A stretch of 64,000 nt of DNA, taken from Lingula anatina. Taxonomy: Eukaryota > Animalia > Brachiopoda. The stretch lies in assembly GCA_051362555.1 (NCBI GenBank), contig CM120646.1, forward strand, positions 10,230,001 to 10,294,000, read 5' to 3'. Below, piece by piece: positions 28,363 through 40,639 of the stretch. Positions within the stretch are counted from its first letter, which is position 1, and each line of letters opens with the position of its first letter. A program made the position numbers and the translations under genes. The notes under the pieces were generated by a model that saw only the letters and a list, made by a program, of their open reading frames with translations, searched no databases and was not told the DNA's origin.

Positions 28363-30888
28363 GCAGTAATACCAGCAGCAGATGGCAGGTCCAGTTTTAT
28401 ACTGATACTCCATAACTTCCAATTCCCAAGTCACCAATCCATCTTCAATAGACGTAAGTACTAGGACTGCAGTCCAATCTCCCTGGGGTATAAAATATAG
28501 CTGAGGGTTCCTAAACTGCAGTCTCAAGTTCTTTGATGTGGTATATGTAAAGTATCATTGTGATTATCTGCTCTGATCTTTTTTTCTGAAGTATTCCACT
28601 ACTGGGAAAATCTGCACCGTTTAGATGCTTCTTTCAAGATATGAAATGTTCATATAAGCACTGCTTGACTGCTAATTTTTTAAAGATGCTTTGCCTTAAG
28701 TAATATACAGAAAGAGTACCAACCCTTAATCTGCTTACTTACCCATTTGGTACATTCCATGTGGCACAGATTGTTTACAGTGCATTTCTCCCATAGAAAA
28801 TAGTCGAGAAAAAAAAAACCTGGATGAAAGTTGTCCACATTGTTTGTGCTTTTTTGTATGATTTTTGCAAACACTTTTATTTGTACTCTTGCATGTTGTA
28901 AATTCAGTGTTGTCAATCACAAATCAACGGCTATAGATCAAAAATGGCAATTGTTGTTTGTGAGGCCTGATATACAGTATAATATATTAGAAAATGCAAA
29001 TGAAAACTTGAGAAAAAATCTACTGCTGTAACTGACTTTCCCAACTGCCCAAAAAAAATTTTTTTTGAATAAGCCTATAGTTAACACCTATCAAATGAGA
29101 TCATGTGAGACCAACAATATATTTTTTTTTCAAAACTTGCATGTGCATCTGTCTATAATATACAAAATAATGCCCGACTAGTAAGTGCTGTGAAGCAACA
29201 AATAAAAGCTGATAGAAATTACCCACAGACATTTTTGTGGTTGATTTTTTCCTAAATTTTGAAAAACTAGTATTTTGCAGAACAGTGAATTTTCGTCCTA
29301 TGTGCATTTTGTAAGTTAGTATTATACTGCTTTCCAAGACATCCAGGCACACAGAAAATTGGTAAAAAGTGAGCCCACTTCAGTTCACACTGATGCTTGC
29401 ACATTTTCTTGTCTTGTATAAGGTCACGCAGTGCCTACAGGCTTGTTTTATGCTATTTCAGATGATTTCCCTTCACAATCAGCATTGTCATAATGACCTT
29501 TCGCATGATCCCATCTCAAAACCACCACATCTTACACAATGTCACAACCAACACATTTAGCACAATGTTACAACCATCCCATCTAACACAATATCACAAC
29601 CATCACATTTAACATAATATCACAACCAGCCTATCGAACACAATATCACAACCACCACATCTAACACAATGTCACACGTCCTCCCATCAAATATAATGTC
29701 ACAACCATATCAGCTAACACGTCACAACCTCTTCATGTAACACAATGTGCCCCTTACTTCATCCATCACAACACAATACAACAAACAGAGTCTCAGTTAA
29801 ATAATATATACCTAACAGTCTCAGTTACCCACTATACACCTAACTATACTCAGTATGGAACTTTGACCAATTCACTGATCAACTGAACAGTGTAATATCA
29901 GTAAAGGCCATTTACACATTAGCCAGTGATCTGACATCATTAGCCAGTAAAAGTTTGTGGGGAGGAGTAGATCTTTCAGAATGTGTAAATTCAGTTGTTT
30001 GACTTGGACAGTAGATTTTTTCATAAAAAATAACCTTTTTCCTCAATTTTTCTAACATATGTTTGAGTGTGTCGCACTTGCCACCTACCAACAAATTCAA
30101 CATCAGATTCTCCCAAACTACTAAAACATGTAAAAAATGACACCAATGTGTATTCTTCATTGCTACATGTTTGGTAAGTGCCTACCATATTTAGGTGAAC
30201 TTAGGTCGGCTGAAAAGGCTCTTAGTTAAGTGACTGCTTAATTGAACAGGCATGAAAATAATCTTTCACCATACTGTAAACTGAAGATAAGGTTACTTTT
30301 ATGTTTGGTTTAGTTATTCAATAGTTATTTACATTTTGATGGTGTCAAACAAAGTCACACAATGAAAATGCCCAATATGTGAAAATTAAAATTAAAAAAA
30401 AAATAATAATAATAAAATAAATAACTTCAAGAAATATAATCTAACAGATGCTATTTTTTTTTTTTTTTTTAATTTTTGACTTGTATTAAAATGCCATAAA
30501 TAACTCAAGATATGTCTGAGGATTTTAAGTCACACTGTTTTCCATAAATTGTGTTGATGGCACACAGTACACTGTGATGACAAAAACAATGTCCACAATG
30601 ACACCCCCACCACTGACAGACACAGGTGATGGTTATAATGTAAAGACAGACTGTGTCTGTATATAAAAAGCCAGCTAGAATAAAATAAAATAATCTCATG
30701 CCCAAAAACAGTCACCCCCTGTCCCTTACCTCATTCAGAAACACATTGAAGGCATAGGTGTGAGATTTTCCCTTGAACACTGTCCCCACATAATTGGTAT
30801 CCAGCTGGGCGTTCTGGGTGTTCTGGGCGCTGACATACCACACCAGGAGGACAGCACACAGGACCCACACTGAGTATACGCAAGCCAT
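1090..30888 (-). CDS. SIDT1: SID-1 transmembrane family protein (SIDT1/SIDT2-like), 22 coding exons, ~808 aa
   Basis: Exons, all GT-AG and phase-consistent: 30730-30888 (signal peptide [21 protein letters not shown]), 22877-23001, 22415-22585, 21898-22042, 21233-21316 ([12 protein letters not shown]), 20411-20555, 19816-19909 (TM1), 18093-18139, 14455-14526, 13847-14019 (alternative acceptors possible), 13186-13259, 12711-12777 ([10 protein letters not shown]), 12068-12216 ([26 protein letters not shown]), 10759-10807, 7701-7818 ([26 protein letters not shown]), 7306-7442 (DTSFMY..RHPDI), 6853-6955, 3536-3656, 3005-3110 ([11 protein letters not shown]), 2737-2847, 1800-1913 ([16 protein letters not shown]), 1090-1152 ([14 protein letters not shown]). 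These are hallmark SIDT motifs. SIDT1 versus SIDT2 orthology cannot be assigned here. Confidence 0.96.
5120..5360 (+). mobile_element. Probable Helentron/HINE-like non-autonomous element
   Basis: Contains a TGACCTTT motif, an acagatggac microsatellite-like seed and a terminal short hairpin ending ggaggtataaaaa. Boundaries are approximate. Confidence 0.4.
11066..11856 (-). pseudogene. Decayed PIF/Harbinger (HARBI1-like) transposase remnant in a SIDT intron
   Basis: Segments [10 protein letters not shown]...[21 protein letters not shown]...GD and AGFP.VIGCVDG..IPI......[18 protein letters not shown] match Harbinger DDE transposases. It has stops, a frameshift and a 3' truncation (coding remnant 11095-11690). 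A TIR-like gcctgttgcacc lies at ~11066. Boundaries are approximate. Confidence 0.88.
12421..12680. mobile_element. Fully palindromic MITE, Harbinger/Tourist-like
   Basis: GGCTTCGTTCACATGGAAAG...CTTTCCATGTGAACGAAGCC. The arms pair over nearly the whole 260 bp, and the element is flanked by TAA/TTA. Confidence 0.85.
16420..16870. repeat. Dispersed repeat with a second copy at ~27620-27984 (possibly Kolobok-like)
   Basis: Shared blocks tttgcca..aaaccaa..gtttcaa.tagtataact and gtggtt.a.atgtgttactgg.aatc.acg. The second copy ends in tacctttaa. Confidence 0.6.
18488..18680. repeat. Dispersed repeat family; copies at ~19420-19512 (inverted) and ~23048-23260
   Basis: Shared aaactagatg..ccctgcactt..ccac, gagggacccca and acagcccaacccag blocks. 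Confidence 0.5.
19088..19366. mobile_element. Non-autonomous DNA element with CCC...GGG termini (CMC/EnSpm-like)
   Basis: TIR CCCTTAGCAAAA / TTTTGCTAAGGG, a 2-bp CT duplication, and many internal TTGCAGCAA/TTGCTGCAA subterminal repeats. Confidence 0.75.
20869..21037. mobile_element. hAT-like MITE
   Basis: Perfect TIR CAGGCCCGTAGCCAG / CTGGCTACGGGCCTG with G/C-rich subterminal tracts. No clear TSD. Confidence 0.7.
29505..29780. repeat. Degenerate minisatellite (~26-bp unit acaaccaccacatctaacacaatgtc)
   Basis: About ten imperfect tandem units are visible. Confidence 0.75.
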
Positions 30889-32339
30889 TATATAGGGCTG
30901 ATCTCCAAGTTTACATCATTCCTGAAATAACATTTTGTAAATACTCAAGTGACTGAATATCTACTCACTGAACTGTCAGACAACATCATTTTGATGTATG
31001 TCACACCTACTAGTACTGAAGCTGCTAGGGGGTAATTAACTATCTTTTAGCAGCTTCAGTAGGCGTGTCAGACATCTAAGCACCGTAAGCTGAAAGTAAT
31101 TTAGGGAGAATCCCCTTGGCAATACATCGATATACGTAGGTATAGGAACCCAGTCAAAGAAAATATAATTATTCATTTCAGCATAACAGTCTTAACTAGG
31201 TATGTGTAATTCACTGGATGACTGATAACCTGAAAACATATCTACATATATCTACGTACAGTAGTTTTATTTTAGTAAGTTAGATCTAGATTACACATGA
31301 CTACAGTTCTAGATTAATGTTATCAACCTAAACACTTCCATTGCCTAAAAACATCACTAAATGTCAACGGCAATATAGCAGTTTTATCAATAACTTAATC
31401 ACATCAAGCCACCTTTATACTTTATGTAATGAAAACACACTTACTGACACTTTTAACATACAACTACAGTGTATCTACCTATATAAATAAATACATTATG
31501 TTCATTATTTAACATTTTTCATTAAATTTTGAACCTTTCAGTTCTGTAAGGTATAAACTGAACAAAATAAGTCCTCTCTCAGTCTAATTTTCAATGAGGT
31601 TTGTCAAGGGCCATAAAGCCTTCAGATTCAAACTAAAATAAAGCTTGAAACATGCAGTTGTATCTACCCCAGACTTTAATCCCCTGCATGAAGTATGGAG
31701 CAGAATATGGATTCATTATAAGGCAAAAGAAAATCACCTTTGAAATGTGGATAAAAAAAATTTATTTAGTAACTTCTCTGCTTTCTGCCCTGCAGTTGGT
31801 TTAGTGCATGTCCAAATGTTACCGTGCATCATCAGCACACAAAGATCCATACTTGATATACATGTGAAATGACAAACCTGCAGTTTACCAATATTACATA
31901 AAACCAATAAGCAAACAACAACAAACACAAGACTAGTACACGTACAGTAACTTGTACAAGTAGCGGCCGGCTAGGGTCAGGCTACCTGTATATAATGTAG
32001 TCTGAAATGTAAGATACCTGCTGACTTGCATGTCTAATATTCCTAGAGATATCAGTGAAAAATTTGCCTTCAGAATGACGGGCGGCACAGAGCTCACCGC
32101 TGACTGAATATCTCAGTGAAGCTTGCTTGGCTGACAGCCGGCATTTCTTTTTTGTTCCAGTGATCCATAATGTTGACCACACAAGTCACGAGACCACAAA
32201 TCATCATTTTATTGTCAGATGCAGAATTTATCAAGTGATAATTTATATGGCGTTTTACGTACCTTTGTACGCCTCCTTTCTAATCCATACCACCCTCCAG
32301 CGTATGCCACGTCCACTCAGATAAATTAATCAGAGACGG

Positions 32340-32520
32340 GGGATTATTTTCTATAGGTGTACAGCTGTACTAGCAGTCGAACTTCCATAACCAGGAAGTA
32401 TTCAAATACGCATGCGTGTCGAGTTAGGACAAGCAGCTACAGAAGGCCAAGGTGTCGCGAGTCAAGCGTCAGGTGTCGTCATGAGCCAGAGTGCTAAACA
32501 CCTTGTCTACGTACGTGCAC
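32340..32520. promoter_or_regulatory. Probable promoter region between the head-to-head SIDT and ETHE1 genes
   Basis: Locally CpG-rich, with inverted ETS-like cores (acttcc ~32382, ggaagt ~32394) and an NRF1-like cgcatgcg (~32409). A minus-strand donor-like gtgag at ~32093 could close a SIDT 5'UTR exon. Confidence 0.45.
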
Positions 32521-34361
32521 CTTCTAGATCTGTTCATCAATAATCTATATCAGTAGGCTTGGTTTTACAATACTTTGACCTACTCTCAATCTCAGTTGAT
32601 TCAGCTGAAGCATTTCATCTAATATTGATAACGTTTAGGCCTATTATAGAAAACAATAACTAATACGTGCATGTAGGGCCTACTCAGTACAATGTATCCA
32701 TGTCTGAAGAAAAATCCGGTAATCTTTTCACAAAGTAAAACAGAAATTCAATTAAAAGTCGAAGTGACACTTTGGAGTACAAATAGAGGGGTCCCTTCCC
32801 CACCCACCACCCCTTAATTCCCGTCCCCGTCTCCTTTATCCCCGGTTCTCACTCAAAATAAGAATAAAATTAGGGCTTACGTAATGTTATGTCTAAGCTC
32901 AAAATATCCAAAATACTGAAAATAAAGAACCCTGCCGATGACAATTCAAGCTTGTCACCTTTAGTTCGATGTCACTGGTATATATGCACATATGTATGTA
33001 GGCCCTACATGAAAAAAAAAAAAAAAAAAGAAAGAAAGAAACGACTGCAGACTATCTGAAAACCGTCGTCCTGTTCACATGTCGGGGCCGTAGGCCGGCC
33101 GGCAGTGCCGCCACCCCAGCGTCCAAATGTCAGCATCGCAGCCACCACATGTCAGCGACAGCAGACACAAGTAAGCAGAATCCATCTACATATTAAAGCA
33201 CAAGGATAAAAAATGGGAGTTTCCCACAGTTCTCCGAGTCCATCAGATTGCCCCTACTTTGATATTGATATACGATTGTCCAGATGAATAGGGTTACTTA
33301 CATCTAGGATGTCTCTCCACCATCCACCATACATATAGTCTTCTATCTGTTAGAAAATTGTACAAAATAACTATTAACAATTTTGTGATATCTAAATTAT
33401 CAATCAGTGGTTAATAATAATAATAATAATAATAACAATAGCAATTCAATTCTTTAGAATGCGCTACACACGCGTCTCAAAAGACTAAAACTACAGAGAT
33501 AAATTAAAAATTAACATATAAATAATTAAACTCAAAGATACTAGTTAACAAAAATGTTCTTTAAATAAAAAGGTTTTTAAACATTCTTTTTAAAACAATG
33601 ATCATTAAAAGTGACATTTGATATAAATGAAATTGGACCAGGAAAGGAGGGTCCCATTGGGGGTGGGGACTTGATCCTAGTTCACGGGAAATAAAAATCA
33701 TCATTCTACAAATAACAGGAAATATAAATATAAATATAGTCATATCTCATCAATGATGCGCGAAGAAAATCCTGATAATCACGAACTGTACCTAATACAT
33801 TCGTCTCACGAAGGGTGGAGAATAAAAAGCGGCATTCATGAGTCAAGGGAATAAGGTGCTTCACGAATCACGCTAAAAAATGAACATTTCACGCATCACG
33901 GGAAATAAAATTTGCATTTTTTTTGTTACGGGTATCGAAAATAACCAATGAAACCGTTAAAATTGGTGCAGCAGTCTCAAAACTCCTGCTTCCATTTGCT
34001 TTAAGAGTCTTTTTTATCATTTTGCTTAAGTTGAAGTTGACCACTGGCTATTTTATTGATAAAGTTAAGTGGACAGTCGTCCTTTGAAAATTTAAAAGTC
34101 AAGAAAGATATCCTATAGACTGTTCTTTGAGACACCGGTGAAGACCGGGAAGAACTGGTGCGATGTGTTGCTTGGACATAAAAACATTAGGCTGTTATGT
34201 TGGTGGTAGGCCCTACTTCTGAGTTTTTCGGGGGAAGACCAGCTGCTGAATTCCGAAAAGACTTAACTTTTCCCATTTGAAAGTTAGGTATTCCAAACAG
34301 GAGGGGATGTAAAATGGACAGTTTCCCATTAAAAAATTTAAAAGTCAAGAGTCTATTTTAT

Positions 34362-34393
34362 CAAGGAGTTATAACAGACTATATAACTCCTTG
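34362..34393. mobile_element. 32-bp palindromic micro-insertion with 7-bp TSD (ATTTTAT)
   Basis: attttat-CAAGGAGTTATAACAGACTATATAACTCCTTG-attttat. It is absent from the diverged upstream duplicate at ~34095-34135. Confidence 0.8.
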
Positions 34394-35199
34394 ATTTTAT
34401 AGACTATTCTTTGAGACACTGTATGCTAGCCAATGAAGATTGCGGAGAACTGGTGTAGGCTACATGTGATGACTGTTATGTGATGGGACTTCTGTAGTAC
34501 AAAAAGTAGAAAAGCGTGTGGTATGATTTTTTTCAGTAGGCCTATTTTAGTGGGGCCCTGATTTCTGAGGGTACCCACGACCCACCTCGTGCATGTAACG
34601 ATTTTACGACAATCGATTTCGAACCAATCAAGGTGACAGCCGAGCGTGGCCTGGGTAGGTTCTCGAATACAAAGCGACCTCTAGAGGCAAGACCTCACTT
34701 GTCACGATTCCAGCATCAAGGTGACACAGCCAAGTGACACAGAACCAACAGATACAGGTAATCAATGAATAGAAAACACCGATCTACAGTTGTAACGTAA
34801 CAAATACTGATTACAGCTGTCAACGCAAGTTGTGGAATTTTGGAACGACCAGAGCACAAACGGTAGGCCTATATGATATGCATTCAGTACAAAATGTACA
34901 GTTTAAGTGCGTGTAGACGGAGCTCTATATATGTAGTACGCGTACTAGTAGCAGCAATGTTTATAATTAATAGTGCGTGTGAACCAACGTGTTACTGTTA
35001 TTAGTGGAGTTCTAGTTTATACCTACGCATGTATAGTTAAAGTACTCTCTTACCACAGATTGTGATAGTAATCTGTTACAAAATCATATATTGTATCGCC
35101 AATGTTTTAATTATGTATCCTATTTTAGCAATCAGAGGCCCCTGATATCAGAGGGTATAGCAAAAGTATCAGCAACGTCACTTTGCTATAAAGCGTAAG

Positions 35200-35357
35200 C
35201 AGTGGCGGATTTAGAGGGGGGGGGGGGCAGGGTACGAAAGGGCACTGTTTGTTCCCCAAAGCACCAAATTTTTTTTCGAAAGCCACTCTCATAGGGCGAT
35301 GGTCAGCTTCGCATCCAAGGCCTGTTGTTCTGGCCCCCCTTCCTGGATCCGCCCCTG
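35200..35357. mobile_element. hAT-like MITE (CAGKGGCGGAT family)
   Basis: CAGTGGCGGATTTAG...CTGGATCCGCCCCTG termini. A related copy lies at 51471-51756. Confidence 0.7.
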
Positions 35358-35527
35358 TAAAAAGTATGGTGAATAAATATAACAACAGGCTAGTATAAAC
35401 AGTTCATTTAGGAAACTGTTTACTTAGTGTATTGCCTTCAAACAATATTCTGATTTAAACACTCCACCCATGCAGGCACATCCCATGGGGGGGGGGGGGG
35501 GGGGGTTGCAACTTTATGACGTACCAT

Positions 35528-35695
35528 AGTCCCCATTCAGAATAGGGGACTAACTAGTCCAAGGGCCAAATATGGCAGACCCACTTGGATACTTCCCCAT
35601 GGGATATCTATTCAGTGTCTGTTAGCTTTAATTGTAGTTGGTTGCCATATTTGACCCGCGGACTAGTAAGTCCCCTATAATTCTGAATGGGGCCA
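35528..35695. mobile_element. Palindromic MITE
   Basis: Arms ccccattcagaat-aggggact-actagtcc-ggg-caaatatggca and tgccatatttg-ccc-ggactagt-agtcccctat-attctgaatgggg. A partial relative lies at ~26420-26476. Confidence 0.7.
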
Positions 35696-35921
35696 TAGAT
35701 CAATCCATCTGTACATGCCAAGCCTGAGATTCCTATCATCTAAAAGCAGATTTCTGACAGAAATTAACTAAAATCACATATCCTTATATAAAATATATTC
35801 TAAGATTATCAACTGAAGGTAAAGTACATGTATAAAGCTCCAGTGTTCAGAAAATTAAAAGTTTTCATTTTTACTTTTCAGAAAAGCTGATAGTAGCTGG
35901 TCAACACAGTAGAACCTAATT

Positions 35922-38900
35922 ATGGGACTCATATTTCGACAGGTAAGAAGGAGGATGTGAAATTTTTGTAGGTATTTCATGTATAATTTTATACTGTACT
36001 AGTATATACACACATTTCAACCACTCTCTCACAACATTATCTTTTTGGCATTCTAACTGTGCTCATTGTTTTTCGGTGTTTTATTCTCAGCTGGTTTTTT
36101 AAAATAATTGCATCATAAAATACATCAAAATTTACGTGCGGAAATATTTGATCCCAATAAGAAATCTTTAGATCTGCCTTTGTTCATTGTATTTGCTTGT
36201 TATATTCATGATCATGGAATTGAATGAAGGTGTTCTTTTTGCAGCAGTGTTTAATGAATTGTTGTTTTGCATGAACATCCATCCCAGCAAAATTAGTCTT
36301 GTCATGTGATTCTAAACAGTTTTAATCTTTTTAAGGGAAAATTAAACATTGCAGTTTACTGAATCACTGCCGGACATATGAATTTTCTTCTCTTCCAATT
36401 AACCTTAACACTGTTGCTTTAATATATGATAATCCTGTTCAAATGTTGGTTTTAAGCTTAAGATTATACATAACAAATGTAAACAGTAACATCATTCATT
36501 AAAATTCATTATTTTAAGCCAAGGCGGTAATATTTAGGTAGAAAGCTAAAGGTACACAGTTAATTCGAATCCATATTCCTCCCGACCCCCTCACTTGTTT
36601 TAAGTTTAAAATACTAGATGAAATTCGTTATATAAGCTGTTATAGCAAGGAGTTATAACAGATCTGTTATAACTCCTTGGTTATAGGTAGAGTTATAAAC
36701 ATTTATAAATATGAACAATATAATCAGCTTTCTGTGATAAACAACTGTCATGTTTTGTCTTGTTGAAATTGGCATTCACTCAAATAAATTTTAAATAGTA
36801 GGTGCTTGACAACTGAACTCTGGGCCATATATGTGTGTGTATGCTCTCTCCAGCCACTCTGTGATTTGGTCACAACTGAGGGAGTACATGCATGGGTAGT
36901 GAGGGGTTTACTTACTTTACAAGTCACAAGGAGAATTGTCTTTAAAACCCATTTAGGTGTGCAGCATATAAAATGACAGCCGACAGTAAGGAGTCTGCAT
37001 CCCGCAGCTCATGGATTTCTGTTCACGAGACTTGTCTTGGCAGTAAATTGAATATATCCAGTTTCTTTCCATAGGTTTAATTCAAGCTCTGTTTTATTCA
37101 ACCATAGTGAAATATAATATAGCAGTATCAGTGTACTTTCTTTAGGTTTTGACCAGACACATTTTATCATTCAAACACTGTGAAATGAGATATGTGTGCC
37201 TTCATTCAAAAGGTGCTAGTGTGACTGTCTGTATGCACTGCTGAAGTCAGGGCTTCATGTGCACTATTCTTGTTGCCACAGTTAATGGGAAGTACTGTAC
37301 CATTTATATTTATACTCACAGTAACTGATACTCATGAAAGAAAAGTAAAATGCTGCTGAAATTTAAAAATGGGCACAATCAGATTATTCTGTATATTTTT
37401 GATGTAGATTTTTTCAATAATTTTGTATTGATCTGTGGACTCTGGTGTGTCATCCAAATGGTAAATGTTTTAGCTGAAATCTGCTGATGTTACTTTTTGG
37501 CCTAGGACACATGTACAGGTTAAATTTCTTAGGATCAAAATTTAAAATTGGTACATCTAGGCATATGCATAATTCTATTTTTGCTAACATTTATTTCACT
37601 TAATTTAGGTTTTTTTTATGTACAAACACAAAAGTGCCATTCACTTTTTAGTCACTGCAACTTTTGGTTCTTAAAGCAAATGAAAGAGTTGGATGAAGGG
37701 GGAGAAAATATCACTATTAAATAAATAAATATTCAAGCAGTATCTCCAACACGTTGTGTAAAATAAGCTAGATTAAATGTTATATAGTTTCATCGTACTA
37801 TATATCTCATGAAATTCTGATTTATTTGTAAGACTTCTCCTCTCCATTCACAGCTCTTTGAGAGTGTTTCCTCCACCTACACATACATCCTAGCAGATGC
37901 AGAGACCAAGGAGGCAGTCATCATAGACCCTGTGATGGAGACAGCAGAAAGAGATGCACAGCTAGTAGAGGAGCTGGGACTTACACTGAAATATGCAGGT
38001 ACATACAGCAAATTTGTGACTGTGAATTTATACAAGTGTGTAGTAGGGTTTAATCCTTATATATATATATATAGAGAGAGAGAGCCTTCACGTAGCTTGC
38101 ATATATCAGTACATGTGTGTGTGTGTGGGTGTGCATGTGTGTGTGTGTGTGTGAATGACTGGGTTTGTACGTGGCCGTAACTGATGGTTTGCATACAAAA
38201 CATTTTCTTTTCTGTGCTCCAGTGAACACCCACGTCCACGCAGACCACGTGACAGGCACAGGAGAACTGAAGAAGAGGATTGCTGGCTGCAAGAGTATCA
38301 TCTCCAAGGCAGCTGGGGCCAAGGCAGACATGTTTTTGAACAACGGGGACAAAGTGGAATTTGGGAAATACCACTTGGAAGCCAGGAGCACACCTGGTCA
38401 TACTAATGGTGACTATGGAAAATTTTAAGGAATACTTTTTGATATTACTAATATATATATACTATGGTAATAAAAGTGTTTTGATGAGGAACTACATGTA
38501 GCTTTCCCTATATGATACATAATGGGACATTTTTATTTCATTCAAAATTTCTTGTAGATCTTGTTAACAGGGCAATATTTCGTAAATATTCTGAATTCAG
38601 ATAATTCCAGGAAACAAAATGTAGAAAAATGCAAGAACAAATGATTTTTTAAAAACATTATTTTGTTAACCATGTACATGTGTAAAGGTGGAATTCAGAC
38701 CTTATCATGCATCAGAAGAAAAGAAAGTAGAAAAAATTTAACAGTGTTTTCTAGGAATGATATTTACTCAATTTTGTTTACCTTTAGGTTGCATGACCTA
38801 TGTACTGAATGATAAGTCGCGTGCCTTCACTGGAGATGCTCTGCTTATCCGTGGCTGTGGAAGGACAGACTTTCAGCAAGGTTCCCACTGGGTCACTCCA

Positions 38901-39236
38901 GTCCACTTCTTTTAGCAGCTTAACTCAAGTTGAAATTTTGGACATTTGATTATCATTTTCTTTGGCAAAAGAATTTTTGAGAAATTCATATGTTTTTTTA
39001 CCTCAGGCATTTTTCCCTCATGCTAAAACATAACTTTCATATAAAATTTGTACAGTTTTCTAATGTTAAATATTAGAATAATGAAAACAGTGATAAAAAC
39101 ATTGAAATGCTAAATGTCAAAAAATGAGGGTGTCATTTACACCCTGTATTTTTATGCATTTCAAGAAAATACAAAATCTTATAGCAGATTTTTTTCCAGT
39201 ACATTAAAAAATGCATGCTTTTACAGGATGATGGCA

Positions 39237-39279
<43 letters not shown>

Positions 39280-40639
39280 TATCTTCTATATCTGTATGTT
39301 GTAGGTAGCCCTCTGACCTTGTATGAATCTGTACACACACAGATCTTGTCATTGCCCCAGGACTGTCTGCTGTACCCTGCACATGACTACAAAGGTAAAC
39401 TTAGAAATGTCACCAACAGGTTGTAAATTATAGCGACAAAGCATCAAATACTGTGTGTGTGTGCATGCGTGTGTGCATGCAATGCATGTGTGTATGAATG
39501 TTTAAGTGAACATAGTTTTTGATGTTTTGACAAAATCTTTAGAGTGCTCTTTATAGAGCTAATTAAGCCTTGCTATAATTAAGTGGATAAATGAAATGGA
39601 CATAGCTTTGTTGCATTGTATAGATGAAGTAATAATTTTGTTACACATATTTACATATGTATAAAAATACATTGAAGAGTATTAAGATCTTACTTTTTTC
39701 ATATATTCATTCAGCAGTTTAGGGCAAGTAATCAAAATGTTCATGTCTTCAGTATAATTTGAAATGATAGGCTCTCTATGTAAATTGTTTATGACAGCAT
39801 TTCATTTGAAAATAATATACCATTAAGAGACTATCACACTGCATTATGAGATTTTATTCAAATGTTTAACTCTCTCTCTCTCTCTCTCCCTCTTTTTTCT
39901 CTCTCATACAACTGATAATGAACCCTCTCCCCACCAGGCCGGACAGTCACCTCTGTTGGGGAAGAACTGAAGTTCAATCCCAGGCTGACCAAGTCCAAGG
40001 AAGAGTTTGCCAACATTATGAACAACCTGAACCTTAACTATCCCAAGCAGATAGGTAAGCTGCCATGCCCTGCTATAGGCAATCTTAAAACCAGCACTGC
40101 CTGGAGCATGTAATACTGGGCCAAAGTTGAGTGATAAAAGAGTGGTCATTGTGGTCAGTAACAAGTTTGGCCAAAGTATGCTACCTAATATGTAGGGTTA
40201 GGTGTAATTTTTAAAAATTTTTGTTTTAAGAATTCTTTCTTGTGGTGTAAAGTTCATGGATGTGACCCTCAGACTATCTGCAATCCTGAATAGCATGCTA
40301 AATGTGCACATGTATTTTGAGAATATGTTTATAAATTTCAAATCTATTATAAATAGATATTTGTATTTATAAATTTCAAATTGTATCATTATTGATATTT
40401 CTGTTAATTTTTCAAATGTTATCATTTTTGATATTTGTCTTAAAATTTTTCATATCTTATCATTATTGATATTTATGTTTATAAATTTCAAATCTTATTC
40501 TTATTGATATTTGTGTTTATAAATTTCAAATCTTATTCTTATTGATATTTGGATCATTTGCTTTGGTGTGTTTTCAGACCGTGCTGTACCAGCCAACATG
40601 AACTGTGGAGTGTTTGAGACGCCATCCGTGTCCCAGTAG
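35922..40639 (+). CDS. ETHE1: Persulfide dioxygenase ETHE1 (metallo-beta-lactamase fold), 7 coding exons, ~237 aa
   Basis: Exons: 35922-35942 (MGLIFRQ), 37854-37998 ([20 protein letters not shown]), 38223-38408 ([16 protein letters not shown]), 38788-38880 ([18 protein letters not shown]), 39305-39394 (YPAHDYK), 39938-40054 (EE..FNPRLTK), 40578-40639 (AVPANMNCG..*). Motifs and intron positions match animal ETHE1. Confidence 0.96.
36646..36679. mobile_element. 34-bp perfect palindromic micro-insertion with 7-bp TSD (GTTATAG)
   Basis: gttatag-CAAGGAGTTATAACAGATCTGTTATAACTCCTTG-gttatag. Confidence 0.8.
40320..40550. repeat. Minisatellite (~38-bp unit attgatatttgtgtttataaatttcaaatcttattctt) in the last ETHE1 intron
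   Basis: Several imperfect tandem units running up to the acceptor region. Confidence 0.75.

Noticed and set aside
29505-29780. Regularly spaced repeats resembling a CRISPR array
   Set aside because: Degenerate tandem units without unique spacers, in a eukaryotic intron with no cas genes: a minisatellite.
35922-40639. Horizontal transfer of a bacterial persulfide dioxygenase, suggested by the short N-terminus
   Set aside because: Six introns at positions matching animal ETHE1 indicate vertical inheritance.
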